Part shown: one piece after another, positions 39,180 to 46,017 of the stretch | How the letters are laid out: the number at the start of each line of letters is the position of its first letter | How positions within the stretch are numbered: the first letter of the stretch is position 1 | Assembly (NCBI GenBank): GCA_044342325.1 | Contig: JBIIPZ010000027.1 | Span: 1-46,017, forward strand | From: Terrimicrobiaceae bacterium | Lineage (GTDB): Bacteria; Verrucomicrobiota; Verrucomicrobiia; Chthoniobacterales; Terrimicrobiaceae | Reading direction: 5' to 3' | Length of the DNA stretch: 46,017 bases | Program-made: the position numbers and the translations under genes | Notes under the pieces: generated by a model | Told to the model about the DNA's origin: nothing | The model's input: only the letters and a program-made list of their open reading frames with translations | Databases searched by the model: none

Positions 39180-40580
39180 ATGACCCTTCTGTTTTTGCGC
39201 CGTCTCGAGCGCTTCCTCCCCTGCTTGGCACTAGTTTTTCTGACATCCTGTAGCAGTTTCAATCCCCTCGGTCCCGATTCCAAAGGCCCGGTGCCGAGGC
39301 CCCCGCGCCCAATCGCTCATACAGACACGAAGTTTGCTTGGGGTATTTCCACGGCCAGTTACCAATATGAGGATCCTGCTGTGAAACTCGGCGATGCGGA
39401 CTATTTTTCCACGGATTGGGACATCATGGTTTCAAAGGGTGGCGCTCCCCAAAAAGGCAATGCTCTCTATTCTTGGAGCCACTTCGATAAAGATTTGGCC
39501 GCTCTAAAAAAGACGGGCGTCACCCATTACCGATTCAGCCTTGAGTGGGCGCGCATCGAGCCACGCATGGGTGATTTCAACGAGGAGGCGCTCGATCGTT
39601 ATGTCGAGATGGCCCGCCGACTTAAGGCCGCCGGCATCGAGCCGGTCGTCTGTCTCTGGCACTTCACATTCCCTGATTGGCTCTACGATCAAAAAAATCC
39701 CAAGGCCTCGAACTGGCTTCACCCGAAAGCCCGCGAGCGCTGGCTTGTGTATCTCGATAAGGTTCTGCCCCGCCTCGCGCCTTATACGAACTACTTCGCT
39801 CCGCAGAATGAACCTAATGGCCAGATCACGACCGCCTACATCGCTGGTCAGTGGCCGCCTGCCATGACGCTTGCCCTTGGCACCTATTGGAAGGCGATTG
39901 ATGCCAGCACCGGGATGTTCCGTGACGCTGCCGCGCGGATCAAAAAGGTGAAAGCCACCGCCAAGGTCGTCTCTGTCGAGGCCCTGCCATGGTGGAAACG
40001 CTCGTTCCTCGATCCGGGCGGACTTTTCTACAACACCATGATCCATGGAAATATCGACCACCTCGACCGCGTCTGGGATGTTTGCGACATCATCGGAATC
40101 AACTACTACTACTCCCAAGTCGCCAGCCCGACCTCCTTCATCGCCGAAGCGTGGAGGAGGGGGCATAACTACACCATGATGGGATGGCGTATCAACCCGA
40201 ACGGCCTCTACAACGAGATCCGGCGCGTTGGTGACCGCTACGGCAAGCCCATGATGATTACCGAAAATGGCATCGCCACATCGAACGACTCGAAGCGCAT
40301 CTGGTATATGAAAAACCACCTCGCCGCCATCGGGCGCGCCATCCGCGATGGCTACGATGTGCGAGGGTATTTCAGCTGGTCCCTCGCCGATAACTACGAG
40401 TGGCACTATGGCTACAAAGCCAAGTTCGGCCTCGCCACGATGGATTCTAAAACCTACGACCGCATCTTGAAACCATCCGCCTATTACTTCCGCGACACCA
40501 TTCGCTCCACCAAAACAAGCGGCGATGTCACCAAGCTCCAGCCCTCGGACAGCTTTCAAAAACTGCCCAGCAAGCCATGA
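39180..40580 (+). CDS. GH1 beta-glycosidase, predicted lipoprotein
   Basis: WGISTASYQYE, YRFSLEWARIEP, QNEP acid/base, ITENG nucleophile, WSLADNYEW; lipobox LTSC. Confidence 0.92.
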   Translation: MTLLFLRRLERFLPCLALVFLTSCSSFNPLGPDSKGPVPRPPRPIAHTDTKFAWGISTASYQYEDPAVKLGDADYFSTDWDIMVSKGGAPQKGNALYSWSHFDKDLAALKKTGVTHYRFSLEWARIEPRMGDFNEEALDRYVEMARRLKAAGIEPVVCLWHFTFPDWLYDQKNPKASNWLHPKARERWLVYLDKVLPRLAPYTNYFAPQNEPNGQITTAYIAGQWPPAMTLALGTYWKAIDASTGMFRDAAARIKKVKATAKVVSVEALPWWKRSFLDPGGLFYNTMIHGNIDHLDRVWDVCDIIGINYYYSQVASPTSFIAEAWRRGHNYTMMGWRINPNGLYNEIRRVGDRYGKPMMITENGIATSNDSKRIWYMKNHLAAIGRAIRDGYDVRGYFSWSLADNYEWHYGYKAKFGLATMDSKTYDRILKPSAYYFRDTIRSTKTSGDVTKLQPSDSFQKLPSKP

Positions 40581-41077
40581 ATAAAAGCCGTGCTATTTAT
40601 CCCGGAAGCTTCGATCCCGTGCACTTCGGCCACCTCGATGTGATCAGGCGCTCCACGCATTTATTTTCGGATCTCATTATCGCCGTGGCGGCCAGTCAGT
40701 CGAAGGGGCCGCTTTTCAGTGTCGAGGACCGCATCGCCATGCTGCGCGAAACTCTCGGCGATGACCCGGCGATCACCATTTTGCCACTCGAGGGCTTGCT
40801 TGTGGATTTTGCCCGCGAGCATGGAGTTTTTACCGTCATTCGCGGACTGCGCGCCGTGTCGGATTTCGAGTTCGAATTCCAAATGGCCCTCATGAATCGC
40901 AAGCTGGAGCCGCGATTGGAAACGGTCTACCTCACGCCCAAGGAGGACTACACCTACCTCAGCTCCCGCATCATGAAGGAAGTCGCCCGATTTGGTGGCG
41001 ATGTGAGTCAACTCACGCCGTCCTGCGTGGCCGAAAGGCTCGCCCGGATGCGTGTTCGGAGTCAGGACGCGGAGTAG
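40577..41077 (+). CDS. coaD: Phosphopantetheine adenylyltransferase
   Basis: YPGSFDPVHFGH, RGLRAVSDFEFE, SSRIMKE; ATGA overlap with the GH1 gene. Confidence 0.97.
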   Translation: MNKSRAIYPGSFDPVHFGHLDVIRRSTHLFSDLIIAVAASQSKGPLFSVEDRIAMLRETLGDDPAITILPLEGLLVDFAREHGVFTVIRGLRAVSDFEFEFQMALMNRKLEPRLETVYLTPKEDYTYLSSRIMKEVARFGGDVSQLTPSCVAERLARMRVRSQDAE

Positions 41078-41204
41078 CGCTCTTGGCTCCGCTTGGGGCA
41101 ATAGCACTTCCTGTCTCCACTACAACCAGTGCTATTCTAATTTCGTTGTGAGACGGGCTGTGGAGAGGCTTGAATTGTCATTTCCTTTGTCCTTTTCTCA
41201 CTTC

Positions 41205-42164
41205 ATGCGAATCCTCCTCACCACCACCTCTCTTCAAGACACCCCCGGCACTCACCACGATTTGCTGGCGAGCACCGGATTTGAAATCATCCGCGAGCGC
41301 GGACCGCTTAGCGAGGCTCGCATGCTCGAGTTGGCGGGGGATTTCGATGCCTTCCTCTGCGGGGACGATGCCATTACTCGCAAGGTTCTCGAGAAGTCCC
41401 TTCCTCGCCTCAAAGTCCTCGCCAAATATGGCATCGGCCTCGATAAAATCGATGTCGCCGCCGCCACCGACCTCCGCATCCCCGTCACTTTTTGTCCCGG
41501 TGTGAACCACACGACCGTGGCTGAGCATTCCTTCGCACTGCTCCTCGCTCTCTGCCGCAATCTTGTGGAGGAGGCGAATTATGTTCGCTCCGGCAACTGG
41601 AAGCGCATCACGGGCCATGAACTCTATGGAAAAACCATGGGTATCGTCGGGCTCGGCCGTATCGGTTGCGAGGTGGCCATCCGGGCTAAGGCGTTCGGTA
41701 TGCAGGTCGTCGGCTTCGGCAACCACTGGGATGTGGATTTCGCTGCCAAACACGGTGTCGAGCGAGTGGCCTCGCTGGATGAACTTTGCTCGCGGTCGGA
41801 TGTCATCTCACTCCACACGAAGCTCACCGATCAAACCCGCCACATGCTTGACGCGCGCAGACTGGGTTTGACCAAGCCTGGCCTGCTTCTTGTCAATTGC
41901 GCCCGTGGCGAACTGGTGGAAACCAACGCGCTGCTGGAGGCGCTGCGCTCGGGTTCCCTGGGGGGCTATGCGGCGGATGTCATGGATGAGGAACCGCCGC
42001 CAGCAGACCATCCGCTCCTCACCGCACCTCGAACTGTCATTACGCCTCATATCGGCTCCCGCACGCATGAGAATGTCGTTCGCCAAGCCACGATGGCCGT
42101 TCAGAACATGATCAATGTCCTCGCCGGTCGCCCCGCGCTCGCTCAAGCCAACAAAGTTTCCTGA
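41205..42164 (+). CDS. D-isomer-specific 2-hydroxyacid dehydrogenase (SerA-like, no ACT domain)
   Basis: GIGLDKID, VAEH, GLGRIG Rossmann motif, NCARG, DVMDEEP, TPHIG. Confidence 0.9.
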   Translation: MRILLTTTSLQDTPGTHHDLLASTGFEIIRERGPLSEARMLELAGDFDAFLCGDDAITRKVLEKSLPRLKVLAKYGIGLDKIDVAAATDLRIPVTFCPGVNHTTVAEHSFALLLALCRNLVEEANYVRSGNWKRITGHELYGKTMGIVGLGRIGCEVAIRAKAFGMQVVGFGNHWDVDFAAKHGVERVASLDELCSRSDVISLHTKLTDQTRHMLDARRLGLTKPGLLLVNCARGELVETNALLEALRSGSLGGYAADVMDEEPPPADHPLLTAPRTVITPHIGSRTHENVVRQATMAVQNMINVLAGRPALAQANKVS

Positions 42165-43267
42165 TGAACAATCCCAACGAGTATTTTGTCGTTCCAGCCG
42201 AGCTCCATGATGACCTAGTGCGCCGTGCTTACATGAAACGCGGCTACACGAACGAGGAAGCTACCGATGCCTCGCGCTTCTGCCACAGCGCCTCGCGCCA
42301 TGGCATTCGCACTCACAATGGTCTGAAGGCTCTTCACCTGGATGACCTCTTCGGCAGCAAGGTTGGGGGATGGGTCCCCGGCGCGGAGATCGAGGTTCTA
42401 CCATCCCGCTTCGCCGCTGCGGAGATTTGGGATGGACACAAAAAACTTGGCCAGGCTGTGGCCTACAAAGCCATGGAGCGCTGCATGCAGTTGGCCGATC
42501 AATACGGCGTCGGCATGGTGAGCGTGGACAACGCCACCCACTACTTGTGGGGTGGGGGATATGTGATCGACGCCGCCCAGAAGGGCTACATCGCCTACAC
42601 AAATTGCACCTCCGCGACTTCGGAAGTCGTTCCCTTTGGAGGAAAGACCCCGACCATGGGCACGAATCCTCACTCTTGGGGATTCCCCACGCAGTCAGCG
42701 GTAGGCTTCCCCATCGTCATCGATTGGGCCACATCCACCGTGGCCATGGGCCGCGTCCAGCAATTCGCCCGCGAGGGAAAGGAACTCGCTCCCGGTTGGG
42801 CGGTGGATGCCGAAGGTAAACCCACCACCGATCCCAAGAAAGCGACGGCACTTTTGCCTTTTGGTGCCCACAAAGGCTACGGACTCGGGCTCGTGGACGA
42901 ACTCTATGCCGCATTCATCGGCGGCTCCCTGCCTTCGATTCGCGGAACAACTCGTGGGCCTGCCTCCGAGAAACGCGGCTCCACTTTTTTCTTCCAGTGC
43001 ATCCACCCCGAAGCCATGCGGGGCCATGACTACGCACTCGGGCGCACGCAGGAGGAAAATCTCAAAATCTGCCTCGCCGATATCCTCGGTCAAGGCAACG
43101 AAGCCTGCATCCTGCCGGGTCAAATCGAGGCTCAATCAGCCAAACTCACCGATACCCACGGTGGACTTCTCTTCACCAAAGCCGAGATCGAAGGCTTCAC
43201 CCACATCACGGATGAGCTTGGCGAACCCGCTTGGAACATTCAGAATTTTCCGTCAATTATTCTTTAA
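42164..43267 (+). CDS. Ldh_2-family oxidoreductase (malate/L-lactate/diketogulonate-type)
   Basis: GIRTH, H..GGGY, MGTNP, DWATS, PTTDP, GAHKGYGL; TGATG coupling with the upstream gene. Confidence 0.88.
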   Translation: MNNPNEYFVVPAELHDDLVRRAYMKRGYTNEEATDASRFCHSASRHGIRTHNGLKALHLDDLFGSKVGGWVPGAEIEVLPSRFAAAEIWDGHKKLGQAVAYKAMERCMQLADQYGVGMVSVDNATHYLWGGGYVIDAAQKGYIAYTNCTSATSEVVPFGGKTPTMGTNPHSWGFPTQSAVGFPIVIDWATSTVAMGRVQQFAREGKELAPGWAVDAEGKPTTDPKKATALLPFGAHKGYGLGLVDELYAAFIGGSLPSIRGTTRGPASEKRGSTFFFQCIHPEAMRGHDYALGRTQEENLKICLADILGQGNEACILPGQIEAQSAKLTDTHGGLLFTKAEIEGFTHITDELGEPAWNIQNFPSIIL

Positions 43268-43279
43268 TCCCTACCCATT

Positions 43280-44377
43280 ATGTCACTCACACTCCGCGAT
43301 CCATCCACCTGCCTCTACGATCAAATCTCCCTCGGCGAAGTCATGCTGCGCCTCGACCCCGGTGAAGGCCGCATCCGCACGGCGCGTCAGTTCACCGCAT
43401 GGGAAGGTGGCGGCGAATACAACACCTCGCGCGGTCTGCGCAAATGCTTCGGCCTACGCACAGCCGTCTGCACGGCTCTTGTGGACAATGAAATCGGACA
43501 CCTCATCGAGGATTTCATCATGCAGGGTGGGGTGGACACCGAGTTCATCAAATGGCGCGAGGACGACGGGATCGGCCGCTCTGTTAGAAATGGCCTGAAC
43601 TTCACCGAGCGAGGATTCGGCATCCGTGGAGCCGTTGGCAATCCCGACCGTGGCAATAGCGCCGCCTCGCAGCTCAAACCCGGAGACTACGACTGGGATC
43701 ACATCTTCGGCCAACTCGGCGCCCGTTGGTTCCACACCGGTGGCATTTTTGCCGCTTTGTCCGAATCCGCCGCACAGATCACCATCGAAGCGGTCACCGC
43801 TGCCAAGAAGCACGGCACGATTGTGAGCTACGACTTGAATTACCGACCCTCGCTCTGGAAATCCATCGGCGGTCAGGCCAAGGCCCGCGAAGTGAACCGC
43901 GAGATCGCCAAGTATGTCGATGTCATGATCGGCAACGAAGAGGACTTCACGGCATCCCTCGGCTTCGAAGTTGAGGGAGTGGATCACAACCTCAGCACGA
44001 TTGAGACCGAGGCCTTCAAGCGCATGATCGAAACCGCCGTGAAGGAATATCCGAACTTCAAAGTCGCCGCCACGACCCTCCGCCGGGTCATCACCGCCTC
44101 GCGCAACGACTGGAGCGCCATTTGCTGGCACGATGGAGCCTTCTACGAGAGCCGCAAGTATCCCGAGCTCGACATCCTCGACCGCGTCGGCGGCGGTGAC
44201 AGCTTCGCCAGCGGCCTCTCCTTCGGATTCCTTTCTCAAAACGATCCACAAGCGGCCGTCGATTACGGCGCCGCCCATGGTGCCTTGGCTTCCACAACGC
44301 CCGGCGACACCTCCATGGCCACACGCCAGGAAGTCGAGAAACTCATGAAGGGCGGCGGCGCCCGCGTGGTGCGCTAA
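43280..44377 (+). CDS. kdgK: PfkB sugar kinase, 2-keto-3-deoxygluconate kinase-like
   Basis: LGEVMLRL, GGGEYN, YDLNYRPSLW, NEED, DRVGGGDSF. Confidence 0.8.
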   Translation: MSLTLRDPSTCLYDQISLGEVMLRLDPGEGRIRTARQFTAWEGGGEYNTSRGLRKCFGLRTAVCTALVDNEIGHLIEDFIMQGGVDTEFIKWREDDGIGRSVRNGLNFTERGFGIRGAVGNPDRGNSAASQLKPGDYDWDHIFGQLGARWFHTGGIFAALSESAAQITIEAVTAAKKHGTIVSYDLNYRPSLWKSIGGQAKAREVNREIAKYVDVMIGNEEDFTASLGFEVEGVDHNLSTIETEAFKRMIETAVKEYPNFKVAATTLRRVITASRNDWSAICWHDGAFYESRKYPELDILDRVGGGDSFASGLSFGFLSQNDPQAAVDYGAAHGALASTTPGDTSMATRQEVEKLMKGGGARVVR

Positions 44378-44392
44378 GCGCTCATCGCCCTG

Positions 44393-44476
44393 CGGCGTGA
44401 CAACGCTCTGTCACGGCGTGACAACGCTCTGTCATGGCGAGACAACGCTCCGTCACGGCGCAAAGAAGCTCTATTA
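44393..44476. repeat. 21-bp tandem repeat, about 4 units, degenerating to the right
   Basis: cggcgtgacaacgctctgtca twice, then tggcgagacaacgctccgtca and cggcgcaaagaagctctatta. Confidence 0.85.
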
Positions 44477-44562
44477 TCCGAAAATTTGGGAAACGGCATT
44501 TCGTTCAAAAAAGTGCTCATACCAATGGCTGTGGTTTTAAATTTTCGCGAGCCATCTTGACT

Positions 44563-44623
44563 TGTAGCGGCGTCTCTATGAGCGCCGAATCGTTGACCAT
44601 CGGCGGTCGCAAACCGCCTTCTA
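44563..44623. repeat. GTAG-type REP pair in inverted orientation (REPIN-like)
   Basis: tgtagcggcgtctctatgagcgccg (44563-44587) plus degenerate inverted partner cggcggtcgcaaaccgccttcta (44601-44623); first copy matches each rpn-flanking REP at 23/25. Confidence 0.7.
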
Positions 44624-44681
44624 TCAGCATGCCCCCAAAAGTATTCAGATTTTTGTATCAAAAAGGGTTGAGCTATTTCCG

Positions 44682-44900
44682 TTAACCTTCTGGCAGCGAC
44701 TCCAGAAACAACCTTACCGCAACTTCCGGAATTTCGCTTGACCCCGCACCCGCGCTCCGACAGAACTTCAGAAACCGCTCCAAGTGCACGCTCCACCAAT
44801 ACAGCGTCTTCTCCGCAACCTTCAACCCTCGCCCTCCCACCATCCGCACCACCCACGCCTTCGGATGCTGGGCAACAATTCTCTCTTTCCCCTCGCTCAT
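44682..44900 (-). pseudogene. Truncated N-terminus of a putative integron integrase
   Basis: 72-aa fragment (AEKTLYWWSVHLERFLKFC..VRLFLESL) resembles an integrase N-terminal SAM-like domain; divergent from attI and the cassettes, where intI should lie; no catalytic domain follows. Confidence 0.5.
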
Positions 44901-44959
44901 ACCTCTCATACTGCAAAGCCCGCCCGAATTGTCCACTTTTTTATCGCCTTTCTGGTTAA

Positions 44960-44992
44960 TTTGGAAATTTGTGTGACCAAACAACGTTCGCA
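44960..44992 (+). other. attI-like integron recombination site
   Basis: ccaaacaacGTTCGCA (G at 44986) resembles attI1 AAAACAAAGTT; no attC stem upstream; complementary to the R'' box of cassette 1. Confidence 0.65.
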
Positions 44993-44998
44993 AAGAAT

Positions 44999-45334
44999 AT
45001 GAGCCTACATCCCTACTTTCCACCAAGTCTGCTATTTTACTTTATGGTCTGTGTGGCGATAGGCTTCATTTCAGTTGTTCTACTTTCGAGAAAGTTCAAT
45101 CCCTTCTGGATATATATTTGTGCCGCTACTTCCTTTTTGCCGACAATATTGGCAGGAATATGGCTTTTCTGGGCATTCACGACGTTTGGCAACAGTGGTT
45201 ATGTTGGCGCTCGTGATCCCCAAGAAATATTCGCAGCGCTATACAGGTCATTTTTACAAGGTGCCTTTTCTACATTTGTCCTGCTTATTCTCGATGGTTT
45301 TATCGTCTGGAGAGCACAACAGACAAATCGCTAA
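44999..45334 (+). CDS. Integron cassette 1: 111-aa protein with three TM helices
   Basis: ATG 13 nt after the GTT crossover, AT-rich, three hydrophobic helices, followed by attC. Confidence 0.8.
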   Translation: MSLHPYFPPSLLFYFMVCVAIGFISVVLLSRKFNPFWIYICAATSFLPTILAGIWLFWAFTTFGNSGYVGARDPQEIFAALYRSFLQGAFSTFVLLILDGFIVWRAQQTNR

Positions 45335-45354
45335 GTGATTTCTTCAAAACAAAA

Positions 45355-45468
45355 TGCGAACAGGGCCGTGCACCGAATCACCATGCCTTCGGCACTTTTG
45401 GCATTTCGCCTGCGGAGCAGGCTCGGATGCCAAAAGCAAGTGGTGATCGGTGACGGCGGACGTTCGCA
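45355..45468 (+). mobile_element. attC site 1 (114 bp)
   Basis: R'' TGCGAAC and R' GTTCGCA; gccgt(g)caccga(a)tcacca pairs with tggtgatcggtgacggc leaving two extrahelical bases; inner stems cttttggcat/atgccaaaag and gcctgc/gcaggc. Confidence 0.88.
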
Positions 45469-45474
45469 GAAAAT

Positions 45475-45900
45475 ATGCGCTCTCTACTGACCATTCTTCT
45501 TTTTGTGGTGTCTTGTCACGCAAGCGAAGTGAACGATCCAATCAATGAGTTGCGTGCAAATGACGGTATTTGGAAGATCGCTGGGGCTGACTCATTCAGT
45601 GATGGAGGGTCATTCTGTCTGTCATTCCTCTCCCAAAGCGGTCGCGTTCTTCATCTCTTTATGCTGCCAGATAGCGCGCGTAAGAACGGGAAGTTGGTAT
45701 TTCAGCTGAAGCGGAATTACGACGACCCCGATGCCATTACGATTCAAGAAGGCGACGCCAATCAAGACGCCATGATCTGGCTTCTCAAGAATTACCAAGA
45801 GAGACCAGAAATTAGGATCGAGAAGGCATTTACTCAGCGGCTTTCCCACGCTTTGATCAACCGCAACGATCCATTTCCCACCTTGCCAAAAATCCAATAA
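45475..45900 (+). CDS. Integron cassette 2: 141-aa exported protein or lipoprotein of unknown function
   Basis: ATG 13 nt after GTT; signal peptide with possible lipobox VVSC; stop immediately followed by R''. Confidence 0.8.
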   Translation: MRSLLTILLFVVSCHASEVNDPINELRANDGIWKIAGADSFSDGGSFCLSFLSQSGRVLHLFMLPDSARKNGKLVFQLKRNYDDPDAITIQEGDANQDAMIWLLKNYQERPEIRIEKAFTQRLSHALINRNDPFPTLPKIQ

Positions 45901-45964
45901 TGCGAACGTTAAAGGGTGTAGCGGAGGCGAGGCACGAGCCCTCCGACTGCACCCATTGTTGAAC
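45901..45964 (+). mobile_element. attC site 2 (64 bp)
   Basis: R'' TGCGAAC; stem gggtgtagcggagg / cctccgactgcaccc; R' GTTGAAC. Confidence 0.78.
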
Positions 45965-46017
45965 AAGCCCGGTTTGTAAGGGGGAGGCGGGGCGTATGCG
46001 GTTTATGTTTGAAACGG

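Noticed and set aside
44393..44476. CRISPR array
   Set aside because: Units are head-to-tail with no unique spacers, and there are no cas genes in the window.
44374..44916. 180-aa minus-strand ORF as a frameshifted continuation of the integrase
   Set aside because: No tyrosine-recombinase motifs; it simply reads through the REP and tandem repeats.

Overview
A 46 kb bacterial chromosomal window, moderately GC-rich. Gene content and repeat types suggest Verrucomicrobiota (inference). The backbone is mostly housekeeping: queE/queC, a DASS transporter, TamB-like and M23 envelope proteins, tyrS, manC, mnmE, hisC, queA, yggS, clpB, tRNA-Ala(GGC), ppgK, an ECF sigma factor, an ABC-F ATPase, tolB, pheA, a GH1, coaD and a three-gene sugar-acid operon. 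Two accessory regions stand out. (1) At 44.4-46.0 kb is an integron remnant: a truncated integrase-like N-terminus, an attI-like site, and two complete AT-rich cassettes with well-formed attC sites and matching R boxes. A third cassette probably runs off the window edge. (2) At 34.7-37.0 kb is a repeat-rich islet with an AbiEii toxin relic, a 175-bp nested palindrome, and an Rpn/YhgA-family nuclease with a candidate intragenic antitoxin, bracketed by ~70-bp REP-containing direct repeats. Also notable: a LysR (NhaR-like) regulator divergent from a coupled four-gene operon (Zn peptidase, DUF1232, ExoD, TerB-DUF697), a UbiB-kinase/TetR-fold gene pair, and a GH-A/GT2 fusion. Family assignments come from recognising motifs by eye; no searches were run.
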